A stretch of DNA of 64,000 nt, taken from the human T2T-CHM13v2.0 reference genome, Homo sapiens. The position numbers and the translations under genes were made by a program. The notes under the pieces were generated by a model, which saw only the letters and a list, made by a program, of their open reading frames with translations, was not told where the DNA came from and did not search any database. Of the stretch, positions 30,621 to 47,186 are shown one piece after another. Location of the stretch: assembly GCF_009914755.1 (NCBI RefSeq), contig NC_060930.1; one strand, 5' to 3'. How positions within the stretch are numbered: position 1 is the stretch's first letter; every line of letters starts with the position of its first letter.

Positions 30621-30699
30621 TTCAATTTTTTTAAAGGTAAGCACTAAGCTAATTTTCTTTATTCATCTCTTGATGAAATGATCTTAATAAAATTTGTCA

Positions 30700-30850
30700 T
30701 ACTGCTTATATTTGATCACCTCTAACTCTGAATTCCATTGGCACAATATGGTTTCCACCCCACTACTTAAATTGCCCCTTCAAAGGTAACCAAAAGCCTC
30801 CTTGAGGCTTAATCCAATGCATACTTCAATAATTTGTCTTCTTCTTCACT
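30700..30850 (+). mobile_element. L2 ORF2 fragment
   Basis: CCCCACTACTTAAATTGCCCCTTCAAAGGTAACCAAAAGCCTCC...AATCCAATG resembles L2 ORF2. Confidence 0.5.
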
Positions 30851-30871
30851 TCGTTAAACATTATTAATCTT

Positions 30872-31777
30872 GGGGGAGGAGCCAAGATGGCCGAATAGGA
30901 ACAGCTCCGGTCTACAGCTCCCAGCGTGAGCGACGCAGAAGACGGGTGATTTCTGCGTTTCCATCTGAGGTACCGGGTTTATCTCACTAGGGAGTGCCAG
31001 ACAGTGGGCATAGGCCAGTGGGTGCGCGTACCGTGTGCAAGCCGAAGCAGGGCGAGGCATTGCCTCACTTGGGAAGCGCAAGGGGCCAGGGAGTTCCCTT
31101 TCCGAGTCAAAGAAAGGGGTGACGGACGCACCTGGAAAATCGGGTCACTCCCATCCGAATATTGCGCTTTTCAGACCGGCTTAAAAAACGGTGAACCACG
31201 AGATTATATCCCACACCTGGCTCGGAGGGTCCTACGCCCACAGAATCTCGCTGACTGCTAGCACAGCAGTCTGAGATCAAACTACAAGGCGGCAGCGAGG
31301 CTGGGGGAAGGGCGCCCGCCATTGCCCAGGCTTGCTTAGGTAAACAAAGCAGACAGGAAGCTCGAACTCAGTGGAGCCCACCACAGCTCAAGGAGGCCTG
31401 CCTGCCTCTGTAGGCTCCACCTCTGGGGGCAGGGCACAGACAAACAAAAAGACAGCAGTAACCTCTGCAGACTTAAGTGTCCCTGTCTGACAGCTTTGAA
31501 GAGAGCAGTGGTTCTCCCAGCACGCAGCTGGAGATCTGAGAATGGGCAGACTGCCTCCTCAAGTGGGTCCCTGACCCCTGACCCCCGAGCAGCCTAACTG
31601 GGAGGCACCCCCCAGCAGGGGCACACTGACACCTCACATGGCAGGGTACTCCAGCAGATCTGCAGCTGAGGGTCCTCTCTGTTAGAAGGAAAACTAACAA
31701 ACAGAAAGGACACCCACACCAAAAACCCATCTGTACATCACCATCATCAAAGACCAAAAGTAGATAAAACCACAAAG
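30872..31777 (+). promoter_or_regulatory. L1 5'UTR bidirectional (sense and antisense) Pol II promoter, CpG-rich, intact YY1 site
   Basis: YY1 motif CAAGATGGCC at 30883-30892; many retained CpGs; promoter function is established for this L1 region. Confidence 0.85.
31107..31322 (-). CDS. ORF0: L1 ORF0, intact 71 aa
   Basis: MAGALPPASLPPCSLISDCC...RFSRCVRHPFL matches the primate L1 ORF0 peptide in length and position; splice donors CAG|GTGTGG (31216) and CAG|GTGCGT (31131) present. Confidence 0.88.
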   Translation of the reverse strand: MAGALPPASLPPCSLISDCCASSQRDSVGVGPSEPGVGYNLVVHRFLSRSEKRNIRMGVTRFSRCVRHPFL

Positions 31778-32794
31778 ATGGGGAAAAAACGGAACAGAAA
31801 AACTGGAAACTCTAAAATGCAGAGCGTCTCTCCTCCTCCAAAGGAACACAGTTCCTCACCAGCAACAGAACAAAGCTGGATGGAGAATGACTTTGACGAG
31901 CTGAGAGAAGAAGGCTTCAGACGATCAAATTACTCTGAGCTACGGGAGGACATTCAAACCAAAGGCAAAGAAGTTGAAAACTTTGAAAAAAATTTAGAAG
32001 AATGTATAACTAGAATAACCAATACAGAGAAGTGCTTAAAGGAGCTGATGGAGCTGAAAACCAAGGCTCGGGAACTACGTGAAGAATGCAGAAGCCTCAG
32101 GAGCCGATGCGATCAACTGGAAGAAAGGGTATCAGCAATAGAAGATGAAATGAATGAAATGAAGCGAGAAGGGAAGTTTAGAGAAAAAAGAATAAAAAGA
32201 AATGAGCAAAGCCTCCAAGAAATATGGGACTATGTGAAAAGACCAAATCTACATCTGATTGGTGTACCTGAAAGTGATGGGGAGAATGGAACCAAGTTGG
32301 AAAACACTCTGCAGGATATTATCCAGGAGAACTTCCCCAATCTAGCAAGGCAAGCCAACGTTCAGATTCAGTAAATACAGAGAACGCCACAAAGATACTC
32401 CTCGAGAAAAGCAACTCCAAGACACATAATTGTCAGATTCACCAAAGTTGAAATGAAGGAAAAAATGTTAAGGGCAGCCAGAGAGAAAGGTCGGGTTACC
32501 CTCAAAGGGAAGCCCATCAGACTAACAGCGGATCTCTCGGCAGAAACCCTACAAGCCAGAAGAGAGTGGGGGCCAATATTCAACATTCTTAAAGAAAAGA
32601 ATTTTCAACCCAGAATTGCATATCCAGCCAAACTAAGCTTCATAAGTGAAGGAGAAATAAAATACTTCACAGACAAGCAAATGCTGAGAGATTTTGTCAC
32701 CACCAGGCCTGCCCTAAAAGAGCTCCTGAAGGAAGCGCTAAACATGGAAAGGAACAACCGGTACCAGCTGCTGCAAAATCATGCCAAAATGTAA
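31778..32794 (+). pseudogene. L1 ORF1p, interrupted by a nonsense codon at 32372-32374 (codon 199)
   Basis: MGKKRNRKTGNSK...QANVQIQ* then the same frame continues to ...LQNHAKM*. Confidence 0.95.
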
Positions 32795-32842
32795 AGACCA
32801 TCGAGACTAGGAAGAAACTGCATCAACTAACGAGCAAAATAA

Positions 32843-36675
<3,833 letters not shown>

Positions 36676-36900
36676 ACAATGAGATCCCATGGACACAGGA
36701 AGGGGAACATCACACTGTGGGGACTGTTGTGGGGTGGGGGAGGGGGGAGGGTAGCTTTAGGAGATATACCTGAAGCTAAATGATGAGTTAATGGGTGCAG
36801 CACACCAGCATGGCACATGTATACGTATGTAACTAACCTGCACTTTGTGCACTTGTACCCTAAAACTTAAAGTATAATAATAATAAAATTAAAAAAATAA

Positions 36901-37875
36901 AAATATATTATTTTAGCAATTTTGACATATAGATTATTTTTAACTGTGGTTACCACACAGTGCCTGTCTAATTGAAATTTTGTACCCTTTGATTGACACC
37001 TCCCCTTTCCTGAACCCTCCCCATCTCCCACATTTCTGGTGATGATCTTTCTACTCGTTTCTATGACGTCAGCTTTTTTAGATTCCACATATAAGTGAAA
37101 TTATACAGTATTTATATTTCTCTTCCTGGTTTATTACACTTGGCATAATGCCCTCCAATTTCATTTATACTGTCACAAATGATAAAATTTCCTTCCTTTT
37201 TTAAGGCTGTATGGTATTTCATTGTGTATATATGAAGATGCTCTTCAAATTACAATGGAGTTATGTCTTGATAAACCCATCACATGCTGAAAATACTAAG
37301 TCAAAAGGATGTTTCTGCCTTCAGAATATTTCTACATATGGTAGGATAATCTAGGCATAATTTCATCTTAAATTGATGAGTGTACTGAATGCACATAGTT
37401 ATCACACCATTGTGAAGTCAAAAAATTGCAAGGCACATCATTGTAACTCTGGGAATGTACGTACAATATTTTCTTTACCCATTCATCTGTCGATGGACAT
37501 TTAGGTTTCTCCCATGTCTTGGCTATTGTGAAAAATACAAAAATGAACATGAAAGTGCAGATATTTCTTTGACATACCAATTTCAATTGTTTTGAATATA
37601 TACCCAGTGAGATTGCTGGATCATATTGTAATTTTATGTTTAGATTTTTGAGAAACCTCCACACTAATTTCCAAAATAACAGTACTAATTTACATTTCCA
37701 CCAACAGTGTGCAAACATTTCCTTTTCTCCACATCCTTCCAAACACTTGTTATCATGTGTCTTTTTGATAACAGTAACTCTAATAGGTGTGAGGTAATAT
37801 TTCATTGTGGTTTTAATTTGCCTCTCCTTGAAGATTAGAGATACTGAGCATTTTTCATTTATGTGTTGGGTACTT
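36901..37875 (-). mobile_element. L1MA (MA5-8-like) 3' fragment
   Basis: TTTTTAGATTCCACATATAAGTGAAAT...; antisense ORF2 C-terminus (ORF 37368-37901, KTTMKYYLTPIR...CWWKCKLV). Confidence 0.85.
37235..37461 (+). mobile_element. MER47-like (TcMar-Tigger) DNA transposon within L1MA
   Basis: AGATGCTCTTCAAATTACAATGGAGTTATGTCTTGATAAACCCATC start; CACCATTGTGAAGTCAAAAAAT...CATTGTAACTCTGGGAA end; inserted in a TA run. Confidence 0.7.
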
Positions 37876-37884
37876 ATATTTACG

Positions 37885-38215
37885 AGTGAGTCACTGGGCA
37901 AATCACTTAACCTTTCTAGCTCTGAAATTTCTGATTTGTAAATTGAGATGATTGAATTAGATTGGTGTTTTCTTTTTTGTTTTGTTTTTTGTTGGATTTT
38001 TTTTTTTTAATTTACCACTGGCTATACAGTAGACTCTCATGAGAAACAAAAAAATTAGATGTCCGGCCCCAACCCAAAGAATTTTGGAATAATTGATCTG
38101 GGATAAGGATCAAGCATTGTTTGCAACTTCTCAGGTGATTCCAAGGTGCAGCCAGAATTTAATACTACTGGGCTAAAATCTATCTAACATCTCTTTCAAA
38201 CTCTAAGAATTACAT
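37885..38215 (+). mobile_element. MIR/MIR3 remnant interrupted by a MER5-like fragment (~38055-38170)
   Basis: CTGGGCAAATCACTTAACCTTTCT core; CTCAGGTGATTCCAAGGTGCAGCCAG MER5 motif. Confidence 0.55.
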
Positions 38216-38440
38216 TTTCCTTTTATTGTCAGTGAATTAAATTATAATGCATTCCATTTTTCCTTGACTTATATAATCAATGCTAAAATAGGTTTTCTAC
38301 TACTCCACAAGACAAAATTACAACATCAAAAAATATGGACTTTAATATATACTTAAGGGAAAAAGAAAAAATATTTTATACATGACTATTTGGAATTTAT
38401 TTAGTAGTTTTATGATGTGAAGGATGACTTATTTATTCTT

Positions 38441-39870
38441 TTTTTTTTTTTTTTTTTTTGATCATTCTTGGGTGTTTCTCGCAGAGGGGGATTTGGCAGG
38501 GTCATAGGACAATAGTGGAGGGAAGGTCAGCAGATAAACAAATGAACAAAGGTCTCTGGTTTTCCTAGGCAGAGGACCCTGCGGCCTTCCGCAGTGTTTG
38601 TGTCCCTGGGTACTTGAGATTAGGGAGTGGTGATGACTCTTAAGGAGCATGCTGCCTCCAAGCATCTGTTTAACAAAGCACATCTTGCACCGCCCTTAAT
38701 CCATTTAACCCTGAGTGGACACAGCACATGTTTCAGAGAGCACAGGGTTGGGGGTAAGGTCACAGATCAACAGGATCCCAAGGCAGAATAATTTTTCTTA
38801 GTACAGAACAAAATGAAAAGTCTCCCATGTCTACTTCTTTCTACACAGACACGGCAACCATCCGATTTCTCAATCTTTTCCCCACCTTTCCCCGCTTTCT
38901 ATTCCACAAAACTGCCACTGTCATCATGGCCCATTCTCAATGAGCCACTGGGCACACCTCCCAGATGGGGTGGTGGCCGGGCAGAGGGGCTCCTCACTTC
39001 GCAGCAGGGGCGGCTGGCCGGGCGGGGGGCTGACCCCCCCACCTCCCTCCCGGACGGGGCGGCTGGCCGGGCGGGGGGCTGACCCCCCCACCTCCCTCCC
39101 GGACGGGGCGGCTGGCCTGGCGGGGGCTGACCCCCACCTCCCTCCCGGACGGGGTGGCTGCTGGGCGGAGGGGCTCCTCACTTCTCAGACGGGGCGGCTG
39201 CCGGGTGGAAGGGCTCCTCACTTCTCAGACAGGGTCGCGGCCCGGCGGAGGCGCTCCTCACATCCCAGACGGGGCAGCGGGGTAGGGGCGCTCCCCACAT
39301 CTCAGACGATGGGCGGCCGGGCAGAGACGCTCCTCACTTCCTAGATGGGATGGCGGCTGGGAAGAGGCGCTCCTCACTTCCCAGATGGGATGGCGGCTGG
39401 GCAGAGACGCTCCTCACTTCCCAGACGGGGTGGCGGCCAGGCAGAGGCTGCAATCTCGGCACTTTGGGAGGCCAAGGCAGGTGGCTGGGAGGTGGAGGTT
39501 GTAGCGAGCCGAGATCACGCCACTGCACTCCAGCCTGGGCACCATTGAGCACTGAGTGAATGAGACTCCGTTTGCAATCCCGGCACCTCGGGAGGCCGAG
39601 GCTGGCGGATCACTCGCGGTTAGGAGCTGGAGACCAGCCCGGCCAACACAGCGAAACCCCGTCTCCACCAAAAAAATACGAAAACCAGTCAGGTGTGGTG
39701 GCGTGCGCCTGCAATCACAGGCACTCGGCAGGCTGAGGCAGGAGAATCAGGCAGGGAGGTTGCAGTGAGCCGAGATGGCAGCAGTACAGTCCAGCTTCCG
39801 CTCGGCATCAGAGGGAGACCGTGGAAAGAGAGGGAGAGGGAGACCGTGGGGAGAGGGAGAGGGAGAGGGA
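38441..39870 (-). mobile_element. Full-length SVA retrotransposon (SVA_C/D-like)
   Basis: On + strand: poly-T, SINE-R (~38460-38950), GC-rich VNTR (~38955-39440), Alu-like (~39440-39810), (GGGAGA)n hexamer (~39811-39870); TSD TTATTTATTCTT at 38429-38440 and 39872-39883. Confidence 0.97.
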
Positions 39871-40416
39871 TTTATTTATTCTTAGTTGCTCTTATGTGTC
39901 TCAGACTGTGTCTATAAAGAGCCCACGACTTGACCATAATACTCAAACACTATACTGATACACATCTTCATTAAAACGTCTGAGAAAAACTTCCGGTGAC
40001 AGACATATTATACTGTCCAGTATGCTAGAATGTCTTGATAGAGCTTTCATGAAACCTGAATTTCTGTACTTAGTCATTTTAATAGAGAGAAAAGCACATT
40101 TGAGCTTTGGTCAGCCCATACTTAGCACTCAATTTAAATAATTTTTATTTATTTCAGTAAAAAGTAATGTCAAGAATCTTTTCTATACATTAAAAAACCT
40201 CACATAAAATGTGTTAAAAAATAAATATAAATGTATAAAAATTTTAAAAGCTTTCAAGTAAACAAGTTACCCATCTACAATCTGTTTAATCCAGTAACTC
40301 TACATTTCTGCATATTTATTTTCAGTTTGGTCCAAATCATTATTTTGGCCCTAATTTCTCTACTAAGCAACAATTTAAAAGTATCTTTGAGACATAAAGA
40401 CTCAGGAATTACCCTG

Positions 40417-40831
40417 TGTTTCACAGTGGACAGGTCTGTACGAACCTACCTCAAAATCCGAGGAAGTCAATAGGCCGAGGAAAGATGCTGACAAATCCGG
40501 TTTCTTAGGAAGAAACATTTAACCGAGACTTTTGAACAGAATTTAGGTCTGTGTCTTGAGCAGCAGCAAGTAAAGATGGTGGACCCCATGTCATTAACCC
40601 CAGACCTAGGGCATAGATGCCATAGGTGAGGGTTGGTTCAGAAGGGTAGGACAATTGAAGTACAATAGCATCAAGGCTGTTTGACCTAAAAGCAGAATTT
40701 AGTGTAAGTACCTGCTCTAACATAAGGAACAATAGATAAATGGAAATCTCAGAGACCTTCACATAACACGTGTTAATTAGAAGCCAACATGGTGGATTAG
40801 CATAGAAGATGGAGTTGCTTTAGCCTCCATA
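40417..40831 (-). mobile_element. LTR47-like ERVL solo LTR
   Basis: Minus strand begins TATGGAGGCTAAAGCAACTCCATCTT...CCACCATGTTGGCTTCT and ends ...CACTGTGAAACA; ~415 bp. Confidence 0.75.
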
Positions 40832-41330
40832 TCTTGTCCTCCAAAAAGATCAAAACTGAAATAATTTTTGTTTAAGCTTCGGCTTTACATATATTTTCTA
40901 TTTCATTTAACAACATCATTATCTTCCTGGCGGTCTATGTTAGTTATTTCAGGTCAATCTTTTTCTAACCCATTCACACTTCCTCCTAACATTGTATGAG
41001 TCATGAACTCTTAAAATAGACTACTTCTCCAAGACTATGGATTCCACTTGGACATTTATAATATTTGTTTCCTTTATACTAAAAATTTATCTGTTTAACA
41101 TATACTGGAAACAAAGATAAATGAAAAACGACTGAAGGCTAGCTTCAAATCAATTCAACCACTGATTGTGTTAAAAGTTACCTAATTCTACCTTAAGTCT
41201 TCAAATTGTTAAGACAAATCCTCCCTGGTGTAAAATAACATAACCCTAATACTCAATTTATCTGTATAAAAATTATACACAGAATGTTAAAAATATTACT
41301 GGGGAAAGTTAAAAAAAAAAAGCCATCTAG

Positions 41331-42748
<1,418 letters not shown>

Positions 42749-43892
42749 AAAAAATGCCATATAGACAGATGTAAAGATATACCATATTCATGAACTGAAC
42801 GGTTCATTAGTATAATGACATTCATTTATCATCTTTAAATTGATTTATAGATTTGGTGGAACCACAGTGAAATTCTTAGAGGCCAATTGTGGAAGCTACG
42901 GTAATTTTAAAATTTACTTGAAAATAAAAGTGAAACAATTAGCTAAGACAAACTTTAAGAACAAAACTAGTGGAGTCATACAACCATATATGGAAACTTA
43001 CTATAAAGGTGAGGTAACTAAACATTGTGGTGTCAGAGAAATTGTAGACAGACAACCATATCAAAATAACACATGTGTAAACAGACCAACACATATATGA
43101 ACATGCTTTATAACAAAACTGGCATTGCAAAGCAGTGGGGAAAGGAATCATTTCTGTAATTGGTAGCCATAAAAATATCATTACATCATGAACCCTTACC
43201 TGACATGATACACAAATATCAAGGTTTCATACTTCAGTGTGAATGATTAAAAATATATAAAGCTTCTAGAATATAATACTAGTGAATATCTTCATGACTT
43301 TGGGATAGGCAATGATATCTTTAATAGCACATAAAAATCAGTTAATAGACTAAATTAAAATAAGAAATGTGTGCTAATCAAAAGATGCCATTAAGAGTGT
43401 GGAAAGGTCTCCTACCATCTTCCAGTTTCTAGGGTAGAGAAAAACTGAGTTCAACTATTCTGTTATTTCCTGACTTTCAAAGAATCAGGGAACTGAGACA
43501 CACTCATGACAGTTATTAGCTCCCAACCACACCCCACCTGATGACACAGAGTAATGTACTCAAGCTTTTCCCGATATTCCATCACCCTGCAATTTTTGCC
43601 TCTGTTCTCCAGTGGAGCCAATCATTAATCCATGGTTCGGAACACAGTGTGGTGAACCCAATTCTAGTGCTTTTTGAGGTTAACTGAACAGAGCTCTCAC
43701 TTTGTCCAAACCCATATGTTATGTGTCAGAAGCCATATGACTTGGATGTGGAGATAACCTAGCCAGCAGGTGAAAAGCCAAAGAAAGGAAATTGACTTAG
43801 GTGTCATTCCTGACAGGAAATACAGTCTTAGGGCAATTGAGGCACTGAATTATAATTATTTGCTATTATGTTTGTTTACTCCACTATCCTTA

Positions 43893-44369
<477 letters not shown>

Positions 44370-45079
44370 AAAAAAAAAAAAGTTTAAAAGGTGTAATTCC
44401 TTATTTATTATTGTGTTCTTAGCATATCACCCAAAACATGGAACACATTCAGAAATATACATATTTATATACATTTATTAAAATTAATAACTTCCTGTTA
44501 ATAAGTGTTGACTATTTTTTAGTTTGTTAGTGACACATCCCAGATATATAATCGTGTCAAAACAAATAAAATTAATCATGTCTATACATTCTATGTTGTG
44601 ATAGATGTGTTAGCTCCTCTAATCCCTGAAATGCCTAAAATGACCAAGGAAATCCGTCTGCACGTATGTTGGGAACGGTCACAAGTCACTTATACCACTT
44701 AACACTTCATTTATGCCAGTCAAAGAAGCTTTATCCCTAAAGTCTCCCAACATAAGTATCCGTATTCCATTTTTTTTTTCCAACCAAGCTGATGAGCCTT
44801 TTTCTTATACTTCCTGACTTGTTTACCTTTCCTTTTGCAAAAGCAGAATTCAGTTATGAGAAATTCTAATGACTTACATTCTGACTTTTTTTCAATATGC
44901 CCGTAAACATAAACTTTACAAATAGTAATTAAAAACATAAAACTACAGCTAATTGACCAGGATGTAGTCTCCCTTATTGATTAAGGTTAGCATTTATTTT
45001 TTCAATGTCAGTGGGTCAGAGTTCTGAAACTGCTTCTGTGTTTGTGTGACTGTATTTATATGTGTAAAAGAGATAATTT

Positions 45080-45150
45080 AGGGAAGTGAAAGAAAGAAGA
45101 GAGAGAGGGAGAGTGAGAGAGACAGAGACAGAGAAAGGAAGAGAGAGAGG
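45080..45150. repeat. GA-rich simple repeat
   Basis: Degenerate (GA)n tract. Confidence 0.8.
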
Positions 45151-45416
45151 CTGGCTGATGATATTTTATTAAACTGCTTTGAGTGGTGAATGTCAGAAAG
45201 AAGCAAGATAACAAATGACAGGGCTAAAGTGCCCTATACGAGGAAATCAGAGATTCACATTTGCTCCTTTAGATGATAGGACATAAAAGAAAGTGTTCAG
45301 AGGAAGAAAGAAACAGGAAATGATGGAAAACTTGGTGTGCTGAGTAAAGTGATGTATCCCATGAGAATCCCCAGGATGGGGAAAGGATTCTGATTTGGAA
45401 ATATATATATGTCGTT

Positions 45417-45622
45417 TCTTTTTTTAATTTTTATGAGTACATTGTAGGTGTATATATTTATGGAGTACATGAGATATTTTGATATTGGCATACAAAGTGT
45501 AATAATCACATCAGGGTAAATGGGGTATCCATTACCTCAAGCATTTATCATTTTTTTGTGTTATAAACGTTATGATTATACTTTTTTACTTGTTTTAAAG
45601 TGTACAGTAAATTATCGTTGAC
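45417..45622 (-). mobile_element. L1MA (MA2-4-like) 3' end
   Basis: GTATATATTTATGGAGTACATGAGATATTTTGAT...TAATAATCACATCAGGGTAAATGGGGTATCC. Confidence 0.85.
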
Positions 45623-45744
45623 TGTATGTTACTTCATGTAGAATGTGTTTTGTTACCTATCCCGATGACCAACCAACTTAGGCAAGCTACGTACTTATAT
45701 TTGTAGTTATTTCTACAGAGACGTTGAGGAAACAAGGCAAATGA

Positions 45745-45897
45745 CTCTCTCTTTCTTCCCCCACCTCCCCATCACTTCTGGTTTCCATCCCTCTCTTCCT
45801 CTTCCTCCACTTCTGTCTTCTTTTTCCATTTCTTTCCTCCCCCTCTATGTCTTCCTCCTTTTCCTCCTCCCTTGTCCTCTCTATGTTCCCCCTCCCT
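45745..45897. repeat. CT-rich low-complexity tract
   Basis: Near-pure polypyrimidine stretch. Confidence 0.75.
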
Positions 45898-47186
45898 GAC
45901 CCTATGGTTCAAAATCTGAAGAGCCATTAAAATGCTACATACCAAGGAAAGTATTATGAACGGAGAAAACTATAGTCAGAATAATCAAGAATTTAAGAAA
46001 TCATAGCTTTGCAGTTATATGAACATGAAATAAAACATTGAGTCAATTGTATCCAGGTCTCTAGTTACCAGAAAACTTCAGGTAATACTTAGTTGAGATG
46101 TGTGTGTGTGCTCATGTATGTCTATGTGTGTATAAATTTAATTAAATGTTGTCAAGAAGACATTACATATTTATAATATGTAAAAATATCAGTTCATGTT
46201 ACTAGTTATAATTCCCAGCATCATTCTATTTGCATGATAATATAATCATGTTTAATTAATTTTCATCTGCTATCACATCATCTAGCATCCTAACAAATAT
46301 TGCACATTCATTTCATTTCCTCTTTGCCTCGATCTAGGTCTCCATCAAGAAAGTTAATGCCACATCCTTAAATAAGGACTGAAACTTGTAACAATGTTTA
46401 TTGGACTTAAATTTAAGAATTGAATTACCTAATATGAAGAGTAATAATGAAACTAGCTTGATTATTAATATTTTATATTTGATGTGATTAAATGTGAATA
46501 GTTTATCAATTTTCTCAGCCCTCTAATGATACCCTTTATACTGGCATCTTCCCAAGTGTTTCAACCTCCAGTTTCTCTACTATATCAAAGTGGTTACAAA
46601 CTTTTGCCCTCATTGCTATTCTTGCCTCCAATTACCCTAAAAATTGAGAGTTTCTGTGTAATACCAACATACCAATGTTTCACAATAAGATTAAATAAAT
46701 AGAATAGCAGTTCAAGTTAAAGCTTACAAGAGATTCAAAAACTGGTTTGTCTCTTAATAAATCTTTAGGCAAACATTGTCACTTAGTCCTCAATGAACAC
46801 AGAATTGGCAGTGCAATTTGAAAGTAAAGGGTGTAATGCTGGTAATTGAGATTTATTAAAGGCAGTTGGCCAAGATGGCATTAAATATGTATATTGTGAG
46901 AGATAGTATGTGTGGATGTGTGTGTGGTTTAACTGACTATGAATGTTTCTTCTATGCAGGAAACTATAAAACAAGAACTATCCTCTGATGTTTTCCACCT
47001 GTTCAAATAAAGTTATAAACTACCCAGGTGAATGTAAACAACTCATACACAGAAAATAAAGAGCCATAATCCTGATTCTACTGTTCTCAAACCCTAGTTC
47101 TACATAAGAATACAACAAAGAAAGAATCATTTATATGTATCAGAAAAAGAACAAGTCTGAACAGAAAATTTAAATGATTAACACTA

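Noticed and set aside
38955-39440. CRISPR-like repeat array
   Set aside because: Tandem SVA VNTR units without unique spacers; primate DNA with no cas genes.
38813-39917. Gly/Pro/Arg-rich ORFs and a CpG-island-like segment
   Set aside because: Explained by the SVA VNTR and Alu-like domains; not a host gene promoter.
43520-43630. CACCC and CCAAT boxes in unique sequence
   Set aside because: Short motifs expected by chance; no CpG enrichment or downstream gene evidence.
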